Below, one piece after another: positions 36,699 through 49,994 of a stretch of DNA of 64,000 nucleotides. Each line of letters opens with the position of its first letter. Positions within the stretch are counted from its first letter, which is position 1. The stretch comes from Nemertoderma westbladi. Taxonomy: Eukaryota; Animalia; Xenacoelomorpha. The position numbers and the translations under genes were made by a program. The stretch lies in contig JAUCBJ010007620.1 of the NCBI GenBank assembly GCA_032718475.1, positions 62,001-126,000 of the forward strand, written 5' to 3'. The notes under the pieces are model-generated. The model did not search any database. It worked only from the letters and a program-made list of their open reading frames with translations, and was not told the DNA's origin.

Positions 36699-39608
36699 GT
36701 GGATTCTGGGCGCGTTCCTCCTCCCGATAAACCGGCTACTCCGGGTACTACAACAATAGTTTCTGGGCGCGTTCCTCCTCCCGATAAACCGGCTACTCCG
36801 GGCACTAAAACGGTGGATTCTGGGCGCGTTCCTCCTCCGGATAAACTGGTTACTCCAGGCTCTAAAACGGTGGATTCTGGGCGCATTCCTCCTCCCGATA
36901 AACTGGCTACTCCGGGCACTAAAATGGTGGATTCTGGGCCCGTTCCTCCTCCCGATAAACTGGCTACTCTGGGCACTAAAACGGTGGATTCGGGGCGTGT
37001 TCCTCCTCCCGATAAACTGGCTACTCCGGGTGCTACATCAATAGATTCTGGGCGCGTTCCTCCTCCCGATAAACCTGCTACTCCGGGCACTAAAACGGTG
37101 GATTCTGGGCGCGTTCCTCCTCCCAATAATCTGGCTACTCCGGGTGCTGCGATGGTGGAATCTGGGCGCGTTCCTCCTCCCGATAAACCGGCTACTCCAG
37201 GCACTAAAACGGTGGTTTCTGGGTGCGTTCCTCCTCTCAATAAACTGGCTACTCCGGGTGCTGCGATGGTGGATTCTAAGTGCGTTCCTCCTCCCGATAA
37301 ACTGGCTACTCCGGGCACTAAAACGGTGAATTTTGGGCGCATTCCTCCTCATGATAAACCGGCTACTCCGGGTGCTACGATGGTGGATTCTGGGCGTGAT
37401 CCTCATTATATACCAGCTACTACGGGTTCTACACAAGAAATCATAATTGTTGAAGATTTATTGACTGACGGTACATGGAAGAAGAGGAGTATCACATCTA
37501 ATACAGCATCACCAAAGTGGAGTCCACAACAAAATCCGAAAACTTTGAAGCATTCCTCGAATAAGTCTATCCCACAACCTACCAAATCATCAAACCTACT
37601 TACTTGGATCCAAACAAAGACAAACGAAACCAAATCGAATCAACTAAGGCTGAACCCTGAAGTATCACCGTTCAAACTATCTGCAACAGAAGCAAACTTG
37701 CACACATACAGACAGGGTAACAGGATGGATGTGAAATTGGCTGCCGTAGAAGTGTTCCCATGTAGCCAATCCAAAATCGACAAGGATAACTCTGTAGAAA
37801 TAAAAACATATCTACAATCCTGCTTTGATCTCAAACCTACCACGAGAGGGCTTGTACTGCCCTCGGAGAAGGAGAAAAAATTACTCTTCTCCCCAAGCTG
37901 GCTGTCCGATGCTATCATTGAGGGGTTCCTAAGTCTACTAGAACGCCATTACTGTCAAACTTCATATGTAAGCTGCTACCTGGCTACAAAACTACAAGCA
38001 GTGAAATATGATGATCTAAGTGCTGTAAAGTACTTAGCAAAGGTTTATTACGGAAAGCTCAATCCTTCAGGACACATACCACGTTATGTATTCTTTCCAG
38101 AATGTGCAGGTTCCACTATTACAACCCAAAGAGAGGTACATCAAATGACAACCAGTCACACCACAAAGGTACCTACACCAATGGAAACTTTAGACATCAG
38201 TGAAGAGAACCACTGCTTAAACGCTTCACAGCTCTATGGGATAATGAGTCACACGCGAAGGAAAGCTATAAATATTATCAACAAACAACCTCAATCTACC
38301 ATACTGACATTGCGCGACAAAATGTTTAAAGAAATTCAACCACTGATGACACCAGTGCAATCGGTGAGTCTCCGACTAAAGGCAAGAACAGCACAACTTG
38401 AACTGGCAACAGACCTCTATGAAATAACAAAGTCCAAGATGGAAAACCAGCTCCTTGAGAATTGCAAGAGGAGGCTAAAGCATGAACCGGCCAACACAAA
38501 TGCAGAGTCGGAAACTGTAGGTGCCCTTAGGCAGGAATTTATCTCTGCAATTTCAACCATCCAGGCAAAAATGTGCAAAAACGAGCAGGACATTAGTGAT
38601 CTCAAATGTGAGAACAATCGTATCCGCGAAGAACTCCAACATGAAAGACACCTAAGACTAATCCTGCAGTCGAACCTCAGATCTCCAACAAGCAACCATG
38701 GTTCTAATAACACAACACCCACGATAGTCAAACCATCCCCAAATTTAGCTCACTCTCTCAGTGGCAATCCTCCATTGACTAAATGTGAAAATCATAGCAT
38801 TGTTAAAACCACCACCATGTACGCAGATCAACTACCTTATGATAACAGTGACGTCATAGGAGAGCTCATAGTTACGGATGAATGGCCAACCAATGAAAAC
38901 GGAACATCACTAAGCTCAAGTATTGCTAGTAACTACGGCTGGAACATAGTAGGAAACAACAAAAAGAAACCTGTCCATAATAAGCCAGTTCCCAAGGGAC
39001 ACACGACCAGCAGGATCAAAACAAAGAACTCATATAGTGCACTATCACAAGCTCCCATCAGTAATATACTAGCTACTGAACAGAAAGGTAACAATGGTGC
39101 GACTACTCAGAGTCACGAAACAAGGTGGCCGAACAAAGTCAATTACAGTGATCAGACCAGCAACATAGGTTTGAGGCCTACCAACCAATGGCAGACTGAC
39201 AGCAATGCATACAACCACAGCTCAAAACCAGCTTGTAATATTAGGAGCTCCCACCAGACAAAAAAAGTTCGCAAACATGACTATCAAATGAAGTACAGAA
39301 CTAGAACAGAAACGATATTTGTAAATGGAATACATCAAAGTGAGACAGAGGAAGCTGTGGTGAACTATCTCAAAGCAAGAGGGATAGCAGTTGACCGAAT
39401 CACAACGCGTATACATAGTGGAACAAAGAATATGAGGCTCATTGTTGACATTAGAGACTCTGATTTGCTTTTAGTGCCGAACTTCTGGCCCAGAGGAATA
39501 CTCTGCAGTACCTGGCGAGACAGATCACAAACTTATTGCCATGGAGACAGTAAGAACCTTGGAACTGACAGACTAAACCAGACTCATGAGAATGGGTATT
39601 ATGTTTGA
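36699..39608 (+). CDS. LINE ORF1-like protein with a 57-bp (19-aa) repeat array, a Ulp1-like fragment, a coiled coil and a C-terminal RRM-like region
   Basis: C-terminal TIFVNGI..VVNYLK..MRLIV..NFWPRGILCSTW is typical of non-LTR ORF1. It overlaps an APE ORF. No true ATG at the listed start. Confidence 0.7.
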   Translation: MDSGRVPPPDKPATPGTTTIVSGRVPPPDKPATPGTKTVDSGRVPPPDKLVTPGSKTVDSGRIPPPDKLATPGTKMVDSGPVPPPDKLATLGTKTVDSGRVPPPDKLATPGATSIDSGRVPPPDKPATPGTKTVDSGRVPPPNNLATPGAAMVESGRVPPPDKPATPGTKTVVSGCVPPLNKLATPGAAMVDSKCVPPPDKLATPGTKTVNFGRIPPHDKPATPGATMVDSGRDPHYIPATTGSTQEIIIVEDLLTDGTWKKRSITSNTASPKWSPQQNPKTLKHSSNKSIPQPTKSSNLLTWIQTKTNETKSNQLRLNPEVSPFKLSATEANLHTYRQGNRMDVKLAAVEVFPCSQSKIDKDNSVEIKTYLQSCFDLKPTTRGLVLPSEKEKKLLFSPSWLSDAIIEGFLSLLERHYCQTSYVSCYLATKLQAVKYDDLSAVKYLAKVYYGKLNPSGHIPRYVFFPECAGSTITTQREVHQMTTSHTTKVPTPMETLDISEENHCLNASQLYGIMSHTRRKAINIINKQPQSTILTLRDKMFKEIQPLMTPVQSVSLRLKARTAQLELATDLYEITKSKMENQLLENCKRRLKHEPANTNAESETVGALRQEFISAISTIQAKMCKNEQDISDLKCENNRIREELQHERHLRLILQSNLRSPTSNHGSNNTTPTIVKPSPNLAHSLSGNPPLTKCENHSIVKTTTMYADQLPYDNSDVIGELIVTDEWPTNENGTSLSSSIASNYGWNIVGNNKKKPVHNKPVPKGHTTSRIKTKNSYSALSQAPISNILATEQKGNNGATTQSHETRWPNKVNYSDQTSNIGLRPTNQWQTDSNAYNHSSKPACNIRSSHQTKKVRKHDYQMKYRTRTETIFVNGIHQSETEEAVVNYLKARGIAVDRITTRIHSGTKNMRLIVDIRDSDLLLVPNFWPRGILCSTWRDRSQTYCHGDSKNLGTDRLNQTHENGYYV
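36700..37410 (+). repeat. 57-bp GC-rich minisatellite, ~12 copies
   Basis: TTCTGGGCGC recurs at 36704, 36761 and 36818, and onward at 57-bp spacing. Confidence 0.9.
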
Positions 39609-40290
39609 CACTACCATTCAGGATCAGAACGACAGCAGTAGCGGGATATTCTCAACAGCAACACATCATAAGGAAAAAGAGGAGCCATCCATTGGTTGCA
39701 AAATGATGTCTTTTAACTGCCATGGACTAATTGCTTCATACGACTACGTAACACACTTGTTGGATAAGTGTGACATACTCGCTCTGCAGGAGCACTGGCT
39801 TGACCCAATTGAGGCCAGATCTCTACTAGGCAACAATAACCTTACAGAACCCTCTAAAATTTCTAAAGATTTTCTATGTATATACCACGCTTCACCACCA
39901 CCGCATAAAAGTGTCAGGGGGAAAGGTGGTGTTGCGATCCTAATCAGACGATCAATTTTTAAAGATATTGTAGTTAAACACTCAGATGAAAACTTAATAG
40001 GAGTTTTGGTGTATTACGAAAGGGATCAACAACCTATATTGGTTAGTTTGCGGCTATGCACCAGATGCCTCCAAAGGCCGTCTAAATTACACAAATTTTC
40101 TAGCTAAACTAGAGAGCCTGGTGTATAGCCATCCAGAGGCAACCCCAATTATCCTCATGGATGCCAATGCCGATCTGGGGGCTTCCAAAGGAAGACGGTA
40201 TTCTCGGGCAAAGCCCAATCGAAATGGTCATCTCCTTCACAGCTTTATCAACTCCACCGGTCTACAGGCTGTAGATACCTTATATCTTTT
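39586..40290 (+). pseudogene. LINE ORF2 apurinic-like endonuclease, frameshifted and cut off by the satellite
   Basis: MSFNCHGL, ILALQEHWL, GKGGVAILI, ILMDANADLG, NRNG motifs. Confidence 0.8.
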
Positions 40291-43200
40291 ATGCGACCAA
40301 TGTAATAATGGAAAAAGTAAGTGAAATCCATTGTCAGACAACGTGCGTCTATTGTAAAGATGGAAACAGTAAGTGAAATCCATTCAGACAACATGCGACC
40401 ATTGTAAAGATTGAAAAAGTAAGTGAAATCCATTGTCAGACAACATGCGACCAATGTAATAATGGAAAAAGTAAGTGAAATCCATTGTCAGACAACGTGC
40501 GTCTATTGTAAAGATGGAAAAAGTAAGTGAAATCCATTGTCAGACAACATGCGACCAATGTAATAATGGAAAAAGTAAGTGAAATCCATTGTCAGACAAC
40601 GTGCGTCTATTGTAAAGATGGAAAAAGTAAGTGAAATCCATTGTCAGACAACATGCGACCAATGTAATAATGGAAAAAGTAAGTGAAATCCATTGTCAGA
40701 CAACGTGCGTCTATTGTAAAGATGGAAAAAGTAAGTGAAATCCATTGTCAGACAACATGCGACCATTGTAAAGATGGAAAAAGTAAGTGAAATCCATTGT
40801 CAGAGAACATGCGACTATTGTAAAGATGGAAAAATGGTCAGACAACGTGCGTCTATTGTAAAGATGGAAAAAGTAAGTGAAATCCATTGTCAGACAACAT
40901 GCGACCAATGTAATAATGGAAAAAGTAAGTGAAATCCATTGTCAGACAACGTGCGTCTATTGTAAAGATGGAAAAAGTAAGTGAAATCCATTGTCAGACA
41001 ACATGCGACCAATGTAATAATGGAAAAAGTAAGTGAAATCCATTGTCAGACAACGTGCGTCTATTGTAAAGATGGAAAAAGTAAGTGAAATCCATTGTCA
41101 GACAACATGCGACCATTGTAAAGATGGAAAAAGTAAGTGAAATCCATTGTCAGACAACGTGCGTCTATTGTAAAGATGGAAAAAGTAAGTGAAATCCATT
41201 GTCAGACAACATGCGACCAATGTAATAATGGAAAAAGTAAGTGAAATCCATTGTCATACAACGTGCGTCTATTGTAAAGATGGAAAAAGTAAGTGAAATC
41301 CATTGTCAGACAACATGCGACCAATGTAATAATGGAAAAAGTAAGTGAAATCCATTGTCAGACAACGTGCGTCTATTGTAAAGATGGAAAAAGTAAGTGA
41401 AATCCATTGTCAGACAACATGCGACCATTGTAAAGATGGAAAAAGTAAGTGAAATCCATTGTCAGACAACATGCGACTATTGTAAAGATGGAAAAAGTAA
41501 GTGAAAAGCATTGTCAGACAACATGCGACTATTGTAAAGATTGAAAAAGTAAGTGAAATCCATTGTCAGACAACGTGCGTCTATTGTAAAGATGGAAAAA
41601 GTAAGTGAAATCCATTGTCAGAGAACATGCGACTATTGTAAAGATGGAAAAAGTAAGTGAAAACCATTGTCAGACAACATGCGACTATTGTAGAGATGGA
41701 AAAAGTAAGTGAAATCCATTGTCAGAGAACATGCTACTGTTGTAAAGATGGAAAAAGTAAGTGAAAACCATTGTCAGACAACATGCGACTATTGTAAAGA
41801 TTGAAAAAGTAAGTGAAATCCATTGTCAGACAACATGCGACCATTGTAAAGATGGAAAAAGTAAGTGAAATCCATTGTCAGAGAACATGCGACTATTGCA
41901 ATAATGGAAAAAGTAAGTGAAATCCATTGTCAGAGAACATGCGACTATTGTAAAGATGGAAAAAGTAAGTGAAAACCATTGTCAGACAACATGCGACTAT
42001 TGTAAAGATTGAAAAAGTAAGTGAAATCCATTGTCAGACAACATGCGACTATTGTAAAGATGGAAAAAGTAAGTGAAAACCATTGTCAGACAACATGCGA
42101 CTATTGTAAAGATGGAAAAAGTAAGTGAAATCCAATGTCAGAGAACATGCGACTATTGTAAAGATGGAAAAAGTAAGTGAAATCCATTGTCAGACAACAT
42201 GCGACTATTGTAAAGATGGAAAAAGTAAGTGAAAACCATTGTCAGACAACATGCGATTATTGTAAAGATTGAAAAAGTAAGTGAAATCCATTGTCAGACA
42301 ACATGCGACCATTGTAAAGATGGAAAAAGTAAGTGAAATCCATTGTCAGACAACATGCGACTATTGTAAAGATGGAAAAAGTAAGTGATATCCATTGTCA
42401 GCCAACATGCGACTATTGTAAAGATGGAAAAAGTAAGTAAGTGAAATCCATTGTCAGACAACATGCGACTATTGCAATAATGGAAAAGGTAACTGAAATC
42501 CATTGTCAGCCAACATGCGACTATTGTAAAGATGGAAAAAGTAAGTGAAATCCATTGTCAGACAACATGCGACTATTGCAATAATGGAAAAGGTAACTGA
42601 AATCCATTGTCAGACAACATGCGACTATTGTAAAGATGGAAAAAGTAAGTGAAAACCATTGTCAGACAACATGCGACCAATGTAATAATGGAAAAAGTAA
42701 GTGAAATCCATTGTCAGACAACGTGCGTCTATTGTAAAGATGGAAAAAGTAAGTGAAATCCATTGTCAGACAACATGCGACCAATGTAATAATGGAAAAA
42801 GTAAGTGAAATCCATTGTCAGACAACGTGCGTCTATTGTAAAGATGGAAACAGTAAGTGAAATCCATTGTCAGACAACATGCGACCAATGTAATAATGGA
42901 AAAAGTAAGTGAAATCCATTGTCAGACAACGTGCGTCTATTGTAAAGATGGAAAAAGTAAGTGAAATCCATTGTCAGACAATATGCGACCAATGTAATAA
43001 TGGAAAAAGTAAGTGAAATCCATTGTCAGACAACGTGCGTCTATTGTAAAGATGGAAACAGTAAGTGAAATCCATTGTCAGACAACATGCGACCATTGTA
43101 AAGATTGAAAAAGTAAGTGAAATCCATTGTCAGACAACATGCGACCAATGTAATAATGGAAAAAGTAAGTGAAATCCATTGTCAGACAACGTGCGTCTAT

Positions 43201-46200
43201 TGTAAAGATGGAAAAAGTAAGTGAAATCCATTGTCAGACAACATGCGACCAATGTAATAATGGAAAAAGTAAGTGAAATCCATTGTCAGACAACGTGCGT
43301 CTATTGTAAAGATGGAAAAAGTAAGTGAAATCCATTGTCAGACAACATGCGACCAATGTAATAATGGAAAAAGTAAGTGAAATTCATTGTCAGACAACGT
43401 GCGTCTATTGTAAAGATGGAAAAAGTAAGTGAAATCCATTGTCAGACAACATGCGACCATTGTAAAGATGGAAAAAGTAAGTGAAATCCATTGTCAGAGA
43501 ACATGCGACTATTGTAAAGATGGAAAAATGGTCAGACAACGTGCGTCTATTGTAAAGATGGAAAAAGTAAGTGAAATCCATTGTCAGACAACATGCGACC
43601 AATGTAATAATGGAAAAAGTAAGTGAAATCCATTGTCAGACAACATGCGACCAATGTAATAATGGAAAAAGTAAATGAAATCCATTGTCAGACAACGTGC
43701 GTCTATTGTAAAGATGGAAAAAGTAAGTGAAATCCATTGTCAGACAACATGCGACCATTGTAAAGATGGAAAAAGTAAGTGAAATTCATTGTCAGACAAC
43801 GTGCGTCTATTGTAAAGATGGAAAAAGTAAGTGAAATCCATTGTCAGACAACATGCGACCAATGTAATAATGGAAAAAGTAAGTGAAATCCATTGTCAGA
43901 CAACGTGCGTCTATTGTAAAGATGGAAAAAGTAAGTGAAATCCATTGTCAGACAACATGCGACCAATGTAATAATGGAAAAAGTAAGTGAAATCCATTGT
44001 CAGACAACGTGCGTCTATTGTAAAGATGGAAAAAATAAGTGAAATCCATTGTCAGACAACATGCGACCATTGTAAAGATGGAAAAAGTAAGTGAAATCCA
44101 TTGTCAGACAACATGCGACTATTGTAAAGATGGAAAAAGTAAGTGAAAAGCATTGTCAGACAACATGCGACTATTGTAAAGATTGAAAAAGTAAGTGAAA
44201 TCCATTGTCAGACAACGTGCGTCTATTGTAAAGATGGAAAAAGTAAGTGAAATCCATTGTCAGAGAACATGCGACTATTGTAAAGATGGAAAAAGTAAGT
44301 GAAAACCATTGTCAGACAACATGCGACTATTGTAGAGATGGAAAAAGTAAGTGAAATCCATTGTCAGAGAACATGCGACTATTGTAAAGATGGAAAAAGT
44401 AAGTGAAAACCATTGTCAGACAACATGCGACTATTGTAAAGATTGAAAAAGTAAGTGAAATCCATTGTCAGACAACATGCGACTATTGTAAAGATGGAAA
44501 AAGTAAGTGAAATCCATTGTCAGACAACATGCGTCTATTGTAAAGATGGAAAAAGTAAGTGAAATCCATTGTCAGAGAACATGCGACTATTGCAATAATG
44601 GAAAAAGTAAGTGAAATCCATTGTCAGAGAACATGCGACTATTGTAAAGATGGAAAAAGTAAGTGAAAACCATTGTCAGACAACATGCGACTATTTTAAA
44701 GATTGAAAAAGTAAGTGAAATCCATTGTCAGACAACATGCGACTATTGTAAAGATTGAAAAAGTAAGTGAAATCCATTGTCAGACAACATGCGACTATTG
44801 TAAAGATGGAAAAAGTAAGTGAAAACCATTGTCAGACAACATGCGACTATTGTAAAGATGGAAAAAGTAAGTGAAAACCATTGTCAGACAACATGCGATT
44901 ATTGTAAAGATTGAAAAAGTAAGTGAAATCCATTGTCAGACAACATGCGACCATTGTAAAGATGGAAAAAGTAAGTGAAATCCATTGTCAGACAACATGC
45001 GACTATTGTAAAGATGGAAAAAGTAAGTGATATCCATTGTCAGCCAACATGCGACTATTGTAAAGATGGAAAAAGTAAGTAAGTGAAATCCATTGTCAGA
45101 CAACATGCGACTATTGCAATAATGGAAAAGGTAACTGAAATCCATTGTCAGCCAACATGCGACTATTGTAAAGATGGAAAAAGTAAGTGAAATCCATTGT
45201 CAGACAACATGCGACTATTGCAATAATGGAAAAGGTAACTGAAATCCATTGTCAGACAACATGCGACTATTGTAAAGATGGAAAAAGTAAGTGAAAACCA
45301 TTGTCAGACAACATGCGACCAATGTAATAATGGAAAAAGTAAGTGAAATCCATTGTCAGACAACGTGCGTCTATTGTAAAGATGGAAAAAGTAAGTGAAA
45401 TCCATTGTCAGACAACATGCGACCAATGTAATAATGGAAAAAGTAAGTGAAATCCATTGTCAGACAACGTGCGTCTATTGTAAAGATGGAAACAGTAAGT
45501 GAAATCCATTGTCAGACAACATGCGACCAATGTAATAATGGAAAAAGTAAGTGAAATCCATTGTCAGACAACGTGCGTCTATTGTAAAGATGGAAAAAGT
45601 AAGTGAAATCCATTGTCAGACAATATGCGACCAATGTAATAATGGAAAAAGTAAGTGAAATCCATTGTCAGACAACGTGCGTCTATTGTAAAGATGGAAA
45701 CAGTAAGTGAAATCCATTGTCAGACAACATGCGACCATTGTAAAGATTGAAAAAGTAAGTGAAATCCATTGTCAGACAACATGCGACCAATGTAATAATG
45801 GAAAAAGTAAGTGAAATCCATTGTCAGACAACGTGCGTCTATTGTAAAGATGGAAAAAGTAAGTGAAATCCATTGTCAGACAACATGCGACCAATGTAAT
45901 AATGGAAAAAGTAAGTGAAATCCATTGTCAGACAACGTGCGTCTATTGTAAAGATGGAAAAAGTAAGTGAAATCCATTGTCAGACAACATGCGACCAATG
46001 TAATAATGGAAAAAGTAAGTGAAATTCATTGTCAGACAACGTGCGTCTATTGTAAAGATGGAAAAAGTAAGTGAAATCCATTGTCAGACAACATGCGACC
46101 ATTGTAAAGATGGAAAAAGTAAGTGAAATCCATTGTCAGAGAACATGCGACTATTGTAAAGATGGAAAAAGTAAGTGAAATCCATTGTCAGACAACATGC

Positions 46201-48244
46201 GACTATTGTAAAGATGGAAAAAGTAAGTGAAAACCATTGTCAGACAACATGCGATTATTGTAAAGATTGAAAAAGTAAGTGAAATCCATTGTCAGACAAC
46301 ATGCGACCATTGTAAAGATGGAAAAAGTAAGTGAAATCCATTGTCAGACAACATGCGACTATTGTAAAGATGGAAAAAGTAAGTGATATCCATTGTCAGC
46401 CAACATGCGACTATTGTAAAGATGGAAAAAGTAAGTAAGTGAAATCCATTGTCAGACAACATGCGACTATTGCAATAATGGAAAAGGTAACTGAAATCCA
46501 TTGTCAGCCAACATGCGACTATTGTAAAGATGGAAAAAGTAAGTGAAATCCATTGTCAGACAACATGCGACTATTGCAATAATGGAAAAGGTAACTGAAA
46601 TCCATTGTCAGACAACATGCGACTATTGTAAAGATGGAAAAAGTAAGTGAAAACCATTGTCAGACAACATGCGACCAATGTAATAATGGAAAAAGTAAGT
46701 GAAATCCATTGTCAGACAACGTGCGTCTATTGTAAAGATGGAAAAAGTAAGTGAAATCCATTGTCAGACAACATGCGACCAATGTAATAATGGAAAAAGT
46801 AAGTGAAATCCATTGTCAGACAACGTGCGTCTATTGTAAAGATGGAAACAGTAAGTGAAATCCATTGTCAGACAACATGCGACCAATGTAATAATGGAAA
46901 AAGTAAGTGAAATCCATTGTCAGACAACGTGCGTCTATTGTAAAGATGGAAAAAGTAAGTGAAATCCATTGTCAGACAATATGCGACCAATGTAATAATG
47001 GAAAAAGTAAGTGAAATCCATTGTCAGACAACGTGCGTCTATTGTAAAGATGGAAACAGTAAGTGAAATCCATTGTCAGACAACATGCGACCATTGTAAA
47101 GATTGAAAAAGTAAGTGAAATCCATTGTCAGACAACATGCGACCAATGTAATAATGGAAAAAGTAAGTGAAATCCATTGTCAGACAACGTGCGTCTATTG
47201 TAAAGATGGAAAAAGTAAGTGAAATCCATTGTCAGACAACATGCGACCAATGTAATAATGGAAAAAGTAAGTGAAATCCATTGTCAGACAACGTGCGTCT
47301 ATTGTAAAGATGGAAAAAGTAAGTGAAATCCATTGTCAGACAACATGCGACCAATGTAATAATGGAAAAAGTAAGTGAAATTCATTGTCAGACAACGTGC
47401 GTCTATTGTAAAGATGGAAAAAGTAAGTGAAATCCATTGTCAGACAACATGCGACCATTGTAAAGATGGAAAAAGTAAGTGAAATCCATTGTCAGAGAAC
47501 ATGCGACTATTGTAAAGATGGAAAAAGTAAGTGAAATCCATTGTCAGACAACATGCGACTATTGTAAAGATGGAAAAAGTAAGTGAAAACCATTGTCAGA
47601 CAACGTGCGTCTATTGTAAAGATGGAAAAAGTAAGTGAAATCCATTGTCAGAGAACATGCGACTATTGTAAAGATGGAAAAAGTAAGTGAAAACCATTGT
47701 CAGACAACATGCGACTATTGTAGAGATGGAAAAAGTAAGTGAAATCCATTGTCAGAGAACATGCGACTATTGTAAAGATGGAAAAAGTAAGTGAAAACCA
47801 TTGTCAGACAACATGCGACTATTGTAAAGATTGAAAAAGTAAGTTAAATCCATTGTCAGACAACATGCGACTATTGTAAAGATGGAAAAAGTAAGTGAAA
47901 TCCATTGTCAGACAACATGCGTCTATTGTAAAGATGGAAAAAGTAAGTGAAATCCATTGTCAGAGAACATGCGACTATTGCAATAATGGAAAAAGTAAGT
48001 GAAATCCATTGTCAGAGAACATGCGACTATTGTAAAGATGGAAAAAGTAAGTGAAAACCATTGTCAGACAACATGCGACTATTTTAAAGATTGAAAAAGT
48101 AAGTGAAATCCATTGTCAGACAACATGCGACTATTGTAAAGATTGAAAAAGTAAGTGAAATCCATTGTCAGACAACATGCGACTATTGTAAAGATGGAAA
48201 AAGTAAGTGAAAACCATTGTCAGACAACATGCGACTATTGTAAA
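40291..48244 (+). repeat. 52-bp satellite, block 2 (~150 units, higher-order structure)
   Basis: Same unit with variant monomers, e.g. GACCAATGTAATAATGG and ACGTGCGTCT. Confidence 0.95.
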
Positions 48245-49829
48245 TGTTGCCGTTATTCCTACACCAGGGGGAAAAACGCCGATGCTGGAGACGTGACTTA
48301 ACAGACCACCGAGCCCCGGCCAGTCACCGGATATTGATTGTGGGGAGGGAATATTTCTAAGATGCAAGTTTGCGGTTGAGAAAAGCTGCATTAGTTGGAT
48401 ATACTCTTTAATGTAACTTCCTATAGTTGAAAACCTGATTAAGAATAATTTTGGGCTTCCCCAAATCAATATACACCAAATATTCACAATAATTATACAC
48501 GATAATATAAATCCCTACGGTATATTATTTAATAACCCACTGTTCGCTCAGTATTTTAGCCTACCTAATGTTACCCAGATTTTCCCTCAGTCCCAGTCTT
48601 AGTGCCGTAGTGTCGGTGTCGGTCGACCCTGTCGCGTGTCCGTTCCACCCCTCACGAACCCTGAAGGGAACGATCATCGAGAACCAGCCCGGCTTGGCTA
48701 AGGGTCGGTCCAGTCGGTAGACTCTGTCGCGTATCCGTACCACCCCTCTCGAACCCCGAAGGGTTCGGTCATCGAGAACCAGTATGGCTTGGCTAAGAGT
48801 CTGTCGTGTCGGTGGACCCGTTCGCGTGTCCGTTCCACCCCTCACGAACCCCGAAGGGTTCGATCATCGAGAACCAGAACGGCTTGGCTAGGGGTCCGTC
48901 AGTTCATTACAGAAACCCAACCACCTAGGCTTTCCGAGTCCGTTTCAGGCTCGTAGTCGCTTCGGCAGCCGAGAAACTGCTCCGAACAGTCGGTAGGCCA
49001 GTAGAGTCTAGTCGAGTCTAGTCCTTTGTCTTTCGACCCCATCGCGTGTCCGTTCCACCCCTCACGAACCCCGAAGGGAGCGATCATCGAGAACCAGAAC
49101 GGCTTGGCTAAGGGGTCTGTCGTCGGTTCCCGTCGCAAATCCCAGTCAAGCAGTCAGCGTTCCGAGTTCTTTTCAGGCTCGTAGTAGCTGCAGTTGACCC
49201 GAGACCGCTAAGGGCAGTCCTTGTCAAACCAGTCCTGTGGCCAGCCCTTTCGCATGTCCATCCCACCCCTCACGAACCCCGAAGGGATCGGTCATCGAGA
49301 ACCAGTACGCTTAGGTCAGGGGGCAGTCTTAAGTTGGCCACCTGTTCGCGTGTCCGCTCCACCCCTCACGAACCCCGGGGTTCGATCATTGAGAACCAGA
49401 ACGGCTTGGCTACTAAGGGGCCGTCGGTGCCCGTCGCAAATCCCTGACACAAGCAGTCAGCGTTCCGAGTTCTTTTCAGTCTCGTAGTAGCTGCCGTTGG
49501 CCAGGGACCGCTAAGGGCAGTCCTTGTCCTTTAGGCCTGGCGCATTACCAAATCCACCCCTACAGGCAGCAGGAAGTTGGCCAGGGCCTAATAGTACTCA
49601 GGCTAACCTGAATACTGCTTGCATTTTCCATCCCCCCTGGCCCTTATAACTATGAAATTATTCCCGTACCCTGTAAGTTGCCCCAAAGTTCGCCCATAAA
49701 TCGCCCCCAGTTTATTGAATGTGCCCAAAACCCATGGTCCCGCACCCAGTAGTAATATCGGAATAATCAATTTTAATAAAATACAAAAATATTCAACTCG
49801 CGTTATGGAAAGTTGAAATACCGCGAACA
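48245..49829 (-). repeat. 3' LTR of element B
   Basis: Direct repeat of 58389-59974. Confidence 0.95.
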
Positions 49830-49994
49830 GTCCCCCCCAATGACCTTCGTGAAGTCTGTCGGTCGATTGAGTTTGCGTAGGTCATTCCCAATATAAAAAA
49901 TCCCAAATTTAATATTGCATAGTTTTTAATTAATTTGGCCTAGAGTTTGTATAAAATAAATGTTCGATAAATGTTCCTGGAATATCCCAATCCA

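Noticed and set aside
48630-49415. Hammerhead ribozymes (retrozyme-like) in the LTR repeats
   Set aside because: The sense strand has CTCGATGA rather than CTGATGA, and no GAAA after the stem, so the catalytic core is not met.
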